Of a DNA stretch of 64,000 nt, positions 1 through 9,837 are shown piece after piece. The DNA lies in assembly GCA_048881705.1 (NCBI GenBank), contig JBHLSH010000002.1:114109-178108 (forward strand). The letters are read 5' to 3'. The translations under genes were made by a program, and so were the position numbers. The DNA is from Candidatus Heimdallarchaeota archaeon. GTDB taxonomy: Archaea; Asgardarchaeota; Heimdallarchaeia; Hodarchaeales; Hodarchaeaceae. Every line of letters begins with the position of its first letter. Within the stretch, counting starts at the first letter, position 1. Under the pieces are notes generated by a model that searched no databases, was not told the DNA's origin, and saw only the letters and a program-made list of their open reading frames with translations.

Positions 1-826
1 CTATCGCTGCAAAAAGAACAAGAGTTGGAAAATAACGAGCTTGTACTATTTGACGCTTTTCCCAAGTATCGCGAAAATCTAGGACGAATTTCATAAATTT
101 TTCTCGCTCATAGGATTCTTCCGCGAACGCACGAACAACGGCAGCTCCTGTGATATTGTCTTGAACCGCAGTAGCGATTGCACCCCACTTTCTCATGAAA
201 GTCTTGCTGATTGGTGTCATGTTCTTGTTATAGCTAAATATGGCCCATATGTAGGCGATAAGAAATGGTATAGAGAGTAATACCAATTGTGGAGACTGTA
301 ACACGGCAAGGACAAGGAAGGCAGAAAATAAAATCGAAATAAAAACATCTGCTAACATGCCTAGACCAGGACTAATCATTCCACCCAATTGTCCTAGATC
401 ATTGGTAGTAAGGGCCATCAATTCTCCAGTCTGGACGCTATCGTGAAATTGTAGAGGTTTGTTCTGCATAGAATCAAAGAATTCTTCTCGAATTCTTCGT
501 TGGGCATTCCAGGAGAGATATTCATTGGCAAGAGTAGTAAAAATCGAAATGATGAGTTGGAGGAGTCCCAATATTAATAAGATCGCAACAAAGTTTGCAA
601 GTAGACCCAATTTTTGGGCCGTTGTGTATATTCCATTCACATCGATAATTGCAGTATCCAACGCGTTCCCAAGAATAATAGGAATGCTTAGTCTTGTGAA
701 AATAACTCCAACGGTACCAATCAGAACAACCAAGATGATCAGAGGATTGGCAAAGAGGTGCCCAAGTAGCCACCTGCGAAATGATATGGAGGACGGTACT
801 ACGTGCGGAGGAGACTCAGAACTCAT
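1..826 (-). CDS. ABC exporter (MsbA/MdlB-like) transmembrane domain, 3'-truncated at window edge
   Basis: Not in the ORF track. Manual translation from ATG at 826 stays open to base 1: MSSESPPHVVPSSISFRRWLLGH...QNKPLQFHDSVQTGELMALTTNDLGQL...AVQDNITGAAVVRAFAEESYEREKF. These are typical ABC_membrane motifs (F..TG.LM....ND; ENxxGxxVVRAF). Confidence 0.88.
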   Translation of the reverse strand, partial: MSSESPPHVVPSSISFRRWLLGHLFANPLIILVVLIGTVGVIFTRLSIPIILGNALDTAIIDVNGIYTTAQKLGLLANFVAILLILGLLQLIISIFTTLANEYLSWNAQRRIREEFFDSMQNKPLQFHDSVQTGELMALTTNDLGQLGGMISPGLGMLADVFISILFSAFLVLAVLQSPQLVLLSIPFLIAYIWAIFSYNKNMTPISKTFMRKWGAIATAVQDNITGAAVVRAFAEESYEREKFMKFVLDFRDTWEKRQIVQARYFPTLVLFAAI

Positions 827-1148
827 TTGGTTCAACCATAGCTGGTAGAATTTTGCACCACTTATAAGAGAGATTTTTCGGGCAAAATTCGGGTTTATTT
901 TCTATTATTTTAATTAAATAGATTGCCAAAACTGTAGGAACAGTTCCCCTTTATCTCTATTTTAGAAAATCCATAGCTAATGATGATCTAGATGATCAAC
1001 TCATATATCTCCCTCTGGGGCACTATGATACAACTCATTTCATGAACCTTTACTATTTCCTCTATAAATTGATCAGGAATACTATTTCGGAAAATTAATG
1101 GATTTTTATTTTGATATTTTAGTACAAACTTTATATCAATCTTCCTAA

Positions 1149-1243
1149 CCCCGAAATACAGGAGCGCCTGGTAAGTAAATTTCGTGAATATTCAGTAAAT
1201 TATTTTTTCTTTCCATATTTCTCGCCAGGCCGTGTTTTTCGGG
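1149..1243. other. Long imperfect inverted repeat (putative RNA stem-loop) upstream of uvrA
   Basis: CCCGAAA (1150-1156) pairs with TTTCGGG (1237-1243). GCCTGG (1166-1171) pairs with CCAGGC (1225-1230). AAAT (1177-1180) pairs with ATTT (1217-1220). The loop holds the perfect palindrome TGAATATTCA (1185-1194). Confidence 0.45.
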
Positions 1244-1302
1244 AATTCTGATTACCACCTCAGAAGGTCTTAAAAGGGCTTGATAATTTGCGTAGTACTG
1301 CG

Positions 1303-4200
1303 ATGAGTGACCTCAAGAAGGAGTTTATTTACGTTCAAAAAGCAAGGGTTCATAATCTCAAGGAGTTAACTCTCAAAATTCCGCGAAATCAGCTTGTTGT
1401 TATAACAGGGGTGAGCGGCAGCGGTAAGTCAAGTTTGGCTTTTGACGTGATCTTTGCGGAAGGCCAACGGCGATACGTAGAATCCTTGAGTGCCTATGCC
1501 CGACAATTCTTGGGAAGAATGCAAAAACCAGATGTGGACCTAATTGAAGGTCTTAGTCCCGCCGTCTCGATAGAGCAGAAAACAACATCTAAGAATCCCA
1601 GAAGTACTGTGGGAACACAGACCGAAATTTTTGATTATTTACGCCTTCTTTTCGCTAATATAGGTACGCCTCATTGTACGAACTGCGGTAAAGAACTGAG
1701 TATTCAATCTCCCCAATCTATTACCCAAACTATTCTAACATGGGACGAGGGCACAAAAATTAAGATTTTGGCACCGATTATACGAGGAAAAAAGGGGACT
1801 CACCATACTCAATGGGATAGGCTCCTTGAGTTGGGATACGTTCGGTCAAGAGTAGATGGTATAGAATACGAACTTGATAATCCCCCTACATTAGACAGAT
1901 ATAAGATTCACACGATTGAAGTGGTGATCGATCGTTTAATCATTAAACCATCCATTAAATCCCGCCTTACAGAGGCAGTGGAGCAAGCCCTTTCTTTAGG
2001 GGAAGGAGTTGTGATTATTAGTAAAATCGGCAATGGTGATGACAATAAGGAAGAAGATTTCTTCTTTTCAGAGAATTACGCTTGTGCAGAATGTGAACTG
2101 TCATATGAAGAGCTCAAACCCCGTAATTTCAGTTTTAACTCCCCCTGGGGACATTGCCCGGATTGTCAAGGATTGGGTACTCAGTTAAGAATTGATCCGG
2201 ACCTGATAATCACCAATCCTGGACTTTCGTTCCGAGACGGGGGAATAATGGATAAACCATTAAAACCTGGCACCTGGCGATACAGCTATTACACCTCCTT
2301 AGGAAAGGCCTGGGACGACTTTGATGTTGATTTACCTCTTAAGGATCATCCACCAGGGGTTATTAAGCGATTACTCCATGGTTCGAACCAAAGAATGAGT
2401 ATCGTATTTGAATCCGAACGATCCAAGTGGGAATCAAAGCAACATCAGCACGAAGGGATTATAAACACTATTTGGCGTCGTTATCGTGAAACGAAGAGTG
2501 ATGGGGCACGTAGATATTACGAGCGATTCATGCGGAAAGATCACTGTGAGGCTTGCGGGGGACGTCGGTTGAAACCCGAGTCCTTAGCTGTAACAATTCA
2601 GGGTAAGAATATTATGGAGGTAGCGGAGATGACGATAGAAAAAGCTCAAACGTGGTTGGTATCCCTTCGACCAGATCTGACTGAAACCCAACTTAAGATC
2701 GCACGAAATATCCTTCGAGAAATCGAAGCCCGTTTAGAATTCTTAATATCTGTGGGCCTTCCCTACTTGACATTGGGAAGGGCCTCAATGACACTTAGTG
2801 GAGGAGAGAGTCAACGGATTCGACTCGCAACTCAAATAGGTTCTGCATTGGTTGGAGTAACTTATGTCCTGGATGAACCTTCTATTGGACTTCATTCTCG
2901 TGATCAAAGCAAACTGCTTGCCTCCTTGAAGAATTTAAGAGCCATAGGGAATACTATCTTGGCGGTCGAGCATGACCATCAAACTATCTTGGCTGCAGAT
3001 CATGTTATAGATCTAGGGCCTGGGGCAGGTATCCATGGTGGTACCCTAGTCGCTCAGGGGAGTCCTCAAGATATCATGGGGTCTCAACATTCAATTACCG
3101 GAGAGTATCTTTCAGGACGTAGGAGGATCGAAATCCCAAAGGAGAGGCGAGCTGGAAACGGAAAAGCCGTTACCATTATCGGAGCTTCTGCGAATAACCT
3201 CAAGAATATTACTGTTCAATTTCCCCTGGGTCGTCTAATTTGTTTGACGGGGGTGAGCGGCAGCGGAAAATCTACTCTGATGAATGACACGCTTTATCGT
3301 GGATTGATGAAGTATCTTCACGGATCGAAAAAAAGGGTTGGAGAACATAATCAATTCAAGGGTTTAGAGTACATTGACAAGGTGATCAATATTGACCAAA
3401 GTCCTATTGGCCGAACGCCACGCAGTAATCCAGTTACATATACAGGAGTTTGGGATGATATCCGTAAGCTTTATGCCCAGGTTAAAGAAGCCAAGGTTCG
3501 TGGTTATAAGCCTGGACGGTTCAGCTTTAACGTGAAGGGAGGTCGTTGCGAAACATGTCATGGCGGGGGTAGAATTAAAATCGAGTTATCCTTCCTGCCC
3601 GATGTATGGATCCAATGCGATGATTGCAAGGGACTCAGATATAATACTGACACCCTAGAAATCCGCTATAAAGGGAAAAACATTTCAGATGTTTTGAACT
3701 TGACCGTTGAAGAAGGACTTGAATTTTTCTCCAATATACCTAGGATTAAGCATAAACTTCAGACCATTGACGATGTAGGCTTGGGTTATATCCAGCTTGG
3801 GCAACCCGCAACTACTCTTTCTGGAGGAGAAGCCCAAAGGGTCAAGCTGGCGAAGGAATTGGCGAAACGATCTACTGGAAAAACGTTTTATATTCTTGAT
3901 GAACCAACAACGGGATTGTCAACCCACGACATTTCCTATCTTCTCGCAGTACTGCAGAGGCTAGTTAAAGAGGGGAACACCATAGTTGTTATAGAACATA
4001 ATTTAGAAGTCGTAAAATCAGCGGATTGGATTATCGAATTAGGTCCAGAGGGAGGCGATAATGGAGGCCTAGTTCTTGCCACAGGAACTCCCGAAGAAAT
4101 TTCTAGAATTGAATGTCCGACAGGCTTTTATCTCAGAGATATACTTCTAGGAACAGCAGAAGCTCCTAATCATGAAGTTCCCGTAAAAACGACAAATTGA
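1303..4200 (+). CDS. uvrA: Excinuclease ABC subunit A
   Basis: Two ABC ATPase modules (GVSGSGKSS/LSGGESQRI and GVSGSGKST/LSGGEAQRV), CxxC zinc fingers and the YVESLSAYARQFL motif. The ORF track starts at TTG 1288; ATG 1303 is preferred because it lies ~28 nt after a TTAAAA box. Confidence 0.97.
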   Translation: MSDLKKEFIYVQKARVHNLKELTLKIPRNQLVVITGVSGSGKSSLAFDVIFAEGQRRYVESLSAYARQFLGRMQKPDVDLIEGLSPAVSIEQKTTSKNPRSTVGTQTEIFDYLRLLFANIGTPHCTNCGKELSIQSPQSITQTILTWDEGTKIKILAPIIRGKKGTHHTQWDRLLELGYVRSRVDGIEYELDNPPTLDRYKIHTIEVVIDRLIIKPSIKSRLTEAVEQALSLGEGVVIISKIGNGDDNKEEDFFFSENYACAECELSYEELKPRNFSFNSPWGHCPDCQGLGTQLRIDPDLIITNPGLSFRDGGIMDKPLKPGTWRYSYYTSLGKAWDDFDVDLPLKDHPPGVIKRLLHGSNQRMSIVFESERSKWESKQHQHEGIINTIWRRYRETKSDGARRYYERFMRKDHCEACGGRRLKPESLAVTIQGKNIMEVAEMTIEKAQTWLVSLRPDLTETQLKIARNILREIEARLEFLISVGLPYLTLGRASMTLSGGESQRIRLATQIGSALVGVTYVLDEPSIGLHSRDQSKLLASLKNLRAIGNTILAVEHDHQTILAADHVIDLGPGAGIHGGTLVAQGSPQDIMGSQHSITGEYLSGRRRIEIPKERRAGNGKAVTIIGASANNLKNITVQFPLGRLICLTGVSGSGKSTLMNDTLYRGLMKYLHGSKKRVGEHNQFKGLEYIDKVINIDQSPIGRTPRSNPVTYTGVWDDIRKLYAQVKEAKVRGYKPGRFSFNVKGGRCETCHGGGRIKIELSFLPDVWIQCDDCKGLRYNTDTLEIRYKGKNISDVLNLTVEEGLEFFSNIPRIKHKLQTIDDVGLGYIQLGQPATTLSGGEAQRVKLAKELAKRSTGKTFYILDEPTTGLSTHDISYLLAVLQRLVKEGNTIVVIEHNLEVVKSADWIIELGPEGGDNGGLVLATGTPEEISRIECPTGFYLRDILLGTAEAPNHEVPVKTTN

Positions 4201-4296
4201 TGAGTCAATGATCGTTCAAATCCACGGAACTATTATATTCGAGGTTTTTTTACCGGGATCTGCGCATTAATTCCATGAGAAATCAGCCAATCTCCC

Positions 4297-5427
4297 ATGA
4301 TTCTGGTGCTGAATGCCCCTATGCCCTCGTCAACTGAAGAGTTAATCGACTTCGATTCTTTAACTCAAATGACTCAAATGATATTCTCACCATCAGGATA
4401 CTCGGTTCAGATTAAAGATCAAAATCATACCATCGTATGGGAGGATGGAGTTTCCCTCGAACATCGCAAACCCAAAGTTGGTCATAAATGTTATAGAGTC
4501 AATTTTGGGAGATCTGAACCATGTTCGGAATGTTTATTGCTTCAAACAAAACTATCTGGCCTTCCTGCGGTAAAGGAAGATCGTCATCTAGGAGATGGCA
4601 AATGGTATAGTGTCCTGGCACTTCCGATTCTTTATCAAGGGGAAATAATGACATTAGAACTGATCAAGGAGATAACCAGAGAAAAAAGAAATGCGCAACA
4701 ATTGAAATTTGCCTCTTCAAAAGATGCGTTTTTTACCGATATCCTGGTACATGACCTCTTGAATTATCTTTCAATCACAAGTTTAACATTAGAGGATTTG
4801 GAGAAACGAAGAATCCCAGATTATGATAATATTGGCCAAGCTATTCAGATTGCTAGAAAAAACGCCATAAAAGCAATGGAAATTCTGAGTGAGTTACGAA
4901 ATTTAAGAGTTGAAGCCGAAACTGAACTTTATCCTGTTTCAATTGTAACTACCTTAAAAGAAACCATTGGGGAACTTCAATCCCTTTATACTAGCAAAGA
5001 AATCCGAGTTAATTACAAACTGGATGTAGATTCCCTGGAACCCACAGTTCTAGCCAACAAGCTACTTTCAATTCTTTTTCTAAATATCCTGAAGAATTCA
5101 GTAAGTAATACTCCCTCAAATCCCGTACAGATTGAAATCGAGATCAATCAGGGTAGTGATATCAAGGAAATTCATGAAATCAAGATCAGCGACTGGGGAA
5201 AAGGAATATCCCCCAAAATGAGACCCATTTTGTTTGATCCGAAAGCAAGAAAAAGAGAAGGATGGAAAACTGCCCCAGATTCTCTTGGATTAGGGATGAC
5301 AATCATTAAAACCCTAGTCGATCTGTTTGGTGGAGAAATTAAGTACGACAGCAGAGTATTGGAAGACTGGAGCCAAGGAACAACGGTAACTCTTAAACTT
5401 CCGCGAGTTCAGAGTTTTGAAACCTAG
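4297..5427 (+). CDS. Sensor histidine kinase with N-terminal Cys-containing PAS-like domain
   Basis: H-box ILVHDLLNY, N-box LFLNILKNS, G1 ISDWGKGIS, G2 LGLGMTII. The N-terminal part has CYRVNFGRSEPCSEC (C-x10-C-x2-C). Confidence 0.88.
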   Translation: MILVLNAPMPSSTEELIDFDSLTQMTQMIFSPSGYSVQIKDQNHTIVWEDGVSLEHRKPKVGHKCYRVNFGRSEPCSECLLLQTKLSGLPAVKEDRHLGDGKWYSVLALPILYQGEIMTLELIKEITREKRNAQQLKFASSKDAFFTDILVHDLLNYLSITSLTLEDLEKRRIPDYDNIGQAIQIARKNAIKAMEILSELRNLRVEAETELYPVSIVTTLKETIGELQSLYTSKEIRVNYKLDVDSLEPTVLANKLLSILFLNILKNSVSNTPSNPVQIEIEINQGSDIKEIHEIKISDWGKGISPKMRPILFDPKARKREGWKTAPDSLGLGMTIIKTLVDLFGGEIKYDSRVLEDWSQGTTVTLKLPRVQSFET

Positions 5428-6766
5428 CTTTGTTCATATTCTTCTCAAATTCCGCATACCAGGCAGGGTAGTCAGAAGGATGAGTAGGATACCTGGCAAA
5501 AAGGTTTTCAAAAAACTGGACGCCTTTCGAGATTTTTCGTAACTCCCACAAGATTAAGTAACGGGGAAAAGCTTTGATCGCAATCCACAACATCTCTAGT
5601 TTACTTAATTTTTCTCCTGCATGAAGATTGATAAATTGGTCTTGATCTAGAATTTTTCTTTTCAGAAAAAATTCCAAACCACGAACCTTAATTCGCCGTA
5701 GGGCTGCGGTAAAAAGTTGAATTTTTGTATGACTTAATCCGAAATGCTGCATGATGTTTACGTTATACTCCCACAGTGCTTCCTCGGAAACATCTCCTTT
5801 TTCAATCGCTTTAGCTGCAACGGTCCCAGCATAGTATCCAGCAACCAGCGCGGGCCCGTGACCCTCTGCAGATAGCGGATTAACATGAAATGCTGCATCA
5901 CCTGCCGCCATAAAGCCTGGAGCTACCGCATTCGTCATTGGGTAACGAGTAGGGATCCAATAGCCACCCGTGTGCTCCAGTTCATAAGATCCGGGGGGAT
6001 AATACTTGTGCAAAACCTCACGATAGTGAGATTTCATGCCGCGCTCAGCCTTAGTGTCCATAAACCATCCGATCCCGCAATTAAGCCTCTTCTCGCCTTT
6101 CGAAAAAATCCAAAAATAACCTGGTTCCGGGATTGTATCCTCATAAATCAGATATATCTCATGACGGAAAGGATTATCCTCTTTTGTTGTGATAATCTCT
6201 CGATACGACCCCGCAATATCGCGTCTATCCATTTCTTTTTCTAAGTGGGGAAATTGGTTCTGAGGGATAGTTTTACGAACCTGATAGTTACGTCCTGAGC
6301 AGTCAATTGTTACCTTTGCTCGAATTTCATACTCTTCATTGGTTATCCTGTCCTTGACGATAGCACCCTGAACAGATCCATTTTCTACAATGGCTGATTT
6401 AACCTTGGTTTGGGATATGATGGTTGTACCGTACTCTTCCGCCTTTTTCAACAAACGTTGACCATAAGGATGACGGTTTAGGACATACCCATCGCCAACC
6501 AGGGGAAAATCCACACGGGGAGTCCTGAAGATGAGTCGCTCAACAGTATCCGCTACTTCTTCCCCGTGGGGTTTTTCAATCCCCAGTTTTTCTTCGAGAA
6601 ACTTGACTGGCCCCAAATCCAATGCATCCCCACACACTTTATTGCCAATTTCATCATGTGTCTTCGCATCAATTAAAGTGACCTGTCTGCCAGCCTTCGC
6701 CCCGGTAATCGCTGAAATGACTCCAGCAGGTCCCCCACCGACCACAAGAATTTCTGTTTCGATCAT
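5393..6766 (-). CDS. Geranylgeranyl reductase family FAD-dependent oxidoreductase
   Basis: ILVVGGGPAG, KVCGDA, DCSG, AGDAAFHVNPLSAEGHG. Probable start is ATG 6766 (MIETEILVVGG). The 3' end overlaps the kinase by 35 nt. Confidence 0.9.
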   Translation of the reverse strand: MIETEILVVGGGPAGVISAITGAKAGRQVTLIDAKTHDEIGNKVCGDALDLGPVKFLEEKLGIEKPHGEEVADTVERLIFRTPRVDFPLVGDGYVLNRHPYGQRLLKKAEEYGTTIISQTKVKSAIVENGSVQGAIVKDRITNEEYEIRAKVTIDCSGRNYQVRKTIPQNQFPHLEKEMDRRDIAGSYREIITTKEDNPFRHEIYLIYEDTIPEPGYFWIFSKGEKRLNCGIGWFMDTKAERGMKSHYREVLHKYYPPGSYELEHTGGYWIPTRYPMTNAVAPGFMAAGDAAFHVNPLSAEGHGPALVAGYYAGTVAAKAIEKGDVSEEALWEYNVNIMQHFGLSHTKIQLFTAALRRIKVRGLEFFLKRKILDQDQFINLHAGEKLSKLEMLWIAIKAFPRYLILWELRKISKGVQFFENLFARYPTHPSDYPAWYAEFEKNMNKARFQNSELAEV

Positions 6767-7004
6767 GTGAGCCGCATCCATTCCATAGGAGGAGACCAAT
6801 ACCCAGATTAAAAACGCTAAGCTTTGATATCTTAAGTATCACACTTGGGATCTTAAAGAGATCCACTCCCATGGAGGAAGAACGGGATCCCCTACTCAGT
6901 TTCAAAAATCACGGAAACTCGCAATACCGATTCCGTCCGTACTCTCCCGTAGATAACAAATTACCAAGTTTATAGAACCACTTTGATTTCATAAATGTAC
7001 CCTG

Positions 7005-7505
7005 TTAAACCTTTTTCTTTCTTGATAAGGAAATTAACGGAAACCATCTGTGTACCGAAACTTTGTATAGGGAATACTCAGCTCCCAAAACGTTCTCAAG
7101 CTCCTTTTCCTCATAACTTGCAATAATATCATACAAAACCAGTGAAAAGGCCAAAGGAATTAAGGAAATCAATGACATTGACAAAATTGAGAAAGAAAGG
7201 TAGATTAGCAATGTCCCACCATACATAGGATGCCGTAAATAACCATATACCCCATCTGTGACGATTGAAGTAGGTACAGTTGCCAAGACATTGTCATGGG
7301 AGGCCTTAATAAAAATTCCACCCCCTATAAAGCCTAAACAGAATAAAAGCAAACTTATTATTGGTGGAATGAATCCTGAGAGGGTCATTTTCAAAACAAA
7401 TGTATCTAAAATCCATACACCGAAGAAGAGAATGAAACAAAAAAGCTGAATCTGATGACCTTTGGGATGTTCCGTACCAAGACCATGGGAGCTTTCTTTG
7501 TTCAT
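7005..7505 (-). CDS. Isoprenylcysteine carboxylmethyltransferase/PEMT-family membrane methyltransferase
   Basis: Small multi-TM protein with IVTDGVYGYLRHPMY and EEKEL...YSLY motifs. Confidence 0.85.
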   Translation of the reverse strand: MNKESSHGLGTEHPKGHQIQLFCFILFFGVWILDTFVLKMTLSGFIPPIISLLLFCLGFIGGGIFIKASHDNVLATVPTSIVTDGVYGYLRHPMYGGTLLIYLSFSILSMSLISLIPLAFSLVLYDIIASYEEKELENVLGAEYSLYKVSVHRWFPLISLSRKKKV

Positions 7506-7813
7506 ATGAATCCAACGTGGCAGGTTTTAGAGCTTTTAATGGATGTTTCAAGGTTTAAATGCCCATGATTTTAAAAATTCCCATATAACCGCCCAAATTG
7601 ATTGAATATCTAAATAAACTAACCAAATTATCTTATTCCCTTGGTTTAGGATCATTGCCTATTTTAAAGAATGATTATTTCTCGCATAACCCATACAATG
7701 AACCAGTAACAATTTCTATCGGAAATCATAATATCATTTTCATCATCTGTCTTAGCATGCTGAAAGACGGGTAAAAGAAGATCAAGGATACGCAAAAGCT
7801 GGATGTATTCAAT

Positions 7814-9679
7814 ATGGCAACTTCAACTCTGGGTGGCGTTCAAACTCCCCGACCCTTGGCTAACATAGTCGTCCAGCTAGCATTTCGGCATTACCTTAAG
7901 CAAATTGGCCCTAAATCTCCGAATTTCGATACGACGAGAAAAATCCCCTTTTTTTCCAAATTGGGATCGAAAATGGAAGACCATCTCCGCATGGCGAAAA
8001 TCCTCGACCTAGGAATGGGCAAAGGAAGCTTTCTGCTTTCGGCTGGAGCTATTTTGGAGCGAATGTTCACGACCAAATTACGGAACCCCAAACACGATCT
8101 AGCTAAAATCCGAAAAGATATCCTAATTCGTAATCTATGGGGAGTCGATGGTAATAAAGAGCGTGTAAATGATTGTAGACAGAACCTTACAGCCTGGATA
8201 GGTAGCGATATTGGAGAAGTTGCAGCACATTTGATGGAAAAAACCAAGATCGGAAATGTATTGATTGGTCGAACCGCTGCGAAGACTGACAATATTTCCC
8301 ATTCATTCGGCCAGATTGATAGTGATTATCCTGCAAGTTTTCACTGGGATGAGGAGTTTCCAACTGTCTTCAACCAAAAAAACCCAGGATTTGATATCAT
8401 AATATGTAATCCCCCATATGTTACCAAAAAATTGTCACCAGAATCCATTCGTGTCTATAGGTCTTTGTATGGTCAGATGTTATTCAATCGATTTAACCTC
8501 TACCATCTATTTTTTGCTCGTATGAAGGATTTAATGAATCCACAGGGAATAGCGGTTTTCCTGACGGCAAACTCAGTATTAACGGATAAATACAGTCTGA
8601 ACCTTAGAAAGTTCTTGAAAGAATCTTTTGAGATTCTTGGCTTGGTTGATTTTGTAAGTCGGAATCTGTTTCCCAAGATTCTTCAAGGTGTGTGTATTAT
8701 TGCACTAGGTTTCAAAGATGGACAAAAACGATCCTCTTCCCCGCCATTAACCCAAGTGTTTCAAACCTTCGATGCGAACACATTCCATACGGGTAAATTC
8801 AAGTGTGGAGCAATTCGAGAACCCCATTTGTTCTTCCAAGGAAAGATTATTCCAAGTCCTGATAAAAACAGTTTCAGAATCTTGCGATATCTTCAAAAAA
8901 CCTGTGTGCCTGCAAGAAAACTCTTCAAAATCCAATCTGGAGAAATCCGTCCTGCGGATCCGAAGATCCGCCCTTTTTATTTTAGGGGGTTCCCTCAAGA
9001 TTGCAAACCATTCGCCTTTGACCCCGTCTTAAACGGCAAAAATGTAGGCCCTTTTCTAGTTAATTTATCAAAAAGCCGCCCCAAATCCAGATGGTTTCAA
9101 CCACCACTGGTAAAGGGCGAGAATCCAATTTTTCGCTCCCAACATGCGTTCATGGAACGGATTGTATTCCAACGTATCACAGCTCGGGAGCAACTTCGAC
9201 GACTGGTCGCTGCCATGATCGACCGAGATCACCTCTCTCGTCATCCAGTGTGGGTGGAAAACAACCTTAATTACCTCCTTCTTCCCTCCCACAAAGAGGA
9301 ATTTACGGCCGAATTCCTATTAGGAATTTTCAATTCCATTTTGCTTAATTGGTATCTTCATCAAATTAATTTGACTGCCGCAGTACCACCATCAGATATC
9401 GGACTTCTCCCATTACCTTCGAGGCAGAATCTGGACGTCTCACTAATATCTCAAATCGAAAACACCGTTATACAGATTACAAAACAACTCAAGAAGGTTG
9501 ATTCTGGACAGCAAAGACTTGGAAACCTATGTCCAGTTTGCAGGGGACATAATTCTATTGAGCAGCTCCGAGAATCTTTAGATAGGCTCGTATTTCAACT
9601 CTATGGCCTTTCCTTGTCTGACCAAACTCTGGTTACTAGTCAGATGGGCGAACTACACACCTACTTTGGACATCATTAA
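7814..9679 (+). CDS. Gamma-class (M.TaqI/Eco57I-like) N6-adenine DNA methyltransferase, no nuclease domain
   Basis: Motif I variant ILDLGMGKGSFL, GVDGN, motif IV DIIICNPPY, GIAVFLTANSVL. TaqI_C-like TRD (ERIVFQR, LLGIFNS.LLNWY, DIGLLPLP). Confidence 0.85.
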   Translation: MATSTLGGVQTPRPLANIVVQLAFRHYLKQIGPKSPNFDTTRKIPFFSKLGSKMEDHLRMAKILDLGMGKGSFLLSAGAILERMFTTKLRNPKHDLAKIRKDILIRNLWGVDGNKERVNDCRQNLTAWIGSDIGEVAAHLMEKTKIGNVLIGRTAAKTDNISHSFGQIDSDYPASFHWDEEFPTVFNQKNPGFDIIICNPPYVTKKLSPESIRVYRSLYGQMLFNRFNLYHLFFARMKDLMNPQGIAVFLTANSVLTDKYSLNLRKFLKESFEILGLVDFVSRNLFPKILQGVCIIALGFKDGQKRSSSPPLTQVFQTFDANTFHTGKFKCGAIREPHLFFQGKIIPSPDKNSFRILRYLQKTCVPARKLFKIQSGEIRPADPKIRPFYFRGFPQDCKPFAFDPVLNGKNVGPFLVNLSKSRPKSRWFQPPLVKGENPIFRSQHAFMERIVFQRITAREQLRRLVAAMIDRDHLSRHPVWVENNLNYLLLPSHKEEFTAEFLLGIFNSILLNWYLHQINLTAAVPPSDIGLLPLPSRQNLDVSLISQIENTVIQITKQLKKVDSGQQRLGNLCPVCRGHNSIEQLRESLDRLVFQLYGLSLSDQTLVTSQMGELHTYFGHH

Positions 9680-9837
9680 ATATCTAATAAAAGCATGGTA
9701 TTTACTGGAAGAAAGGAACGATAAGTTCCATTAAGTTTTTAACCTACTGAAAAGAGAGAAGATTGTATTGCTACTAATCAGGGCATCTTTGCCAGACCAG
9801 TTATGGAACCTGACCAAATCAGGAGGAAAATGAGAAT

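Noticed and set aside
459-848. ORF-track calls 459-848 (+) and 522-773 (-)
   Set aside because: They are shadows of the real ABC-exporter gene on the - strand (826 to <1), which has clear family motifs.
930-945. Palindrome AACTGT-AGGA-ACAGTT near uvrA as a LexA/SOS box
   Set aside because: The spacing is CTGT-N4-ACAG, not N8. It lies ~360 nt from uvrA, and no lexA is seen.
980-1045. ATGATGA (box C-like) and a direct repeat ATGAT(A)CAACTCAT as a C/D sRNA or fluoride riboswitch
   Set aside because: There is no box D (CTGA) at a suitable distance and the 5' GATGG pseudoknot segment of crcB is missing. At most this is a protein-binding direct repeat.
6824-6892. Short palindromes and GGATC-rich hairpins upstream of the GGR gene as a tRNA/ncRNA
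   Set aside because: No cloverleaf, T-loop or CCA pattern. The stems are short and compatible with promoter/operator sequence.
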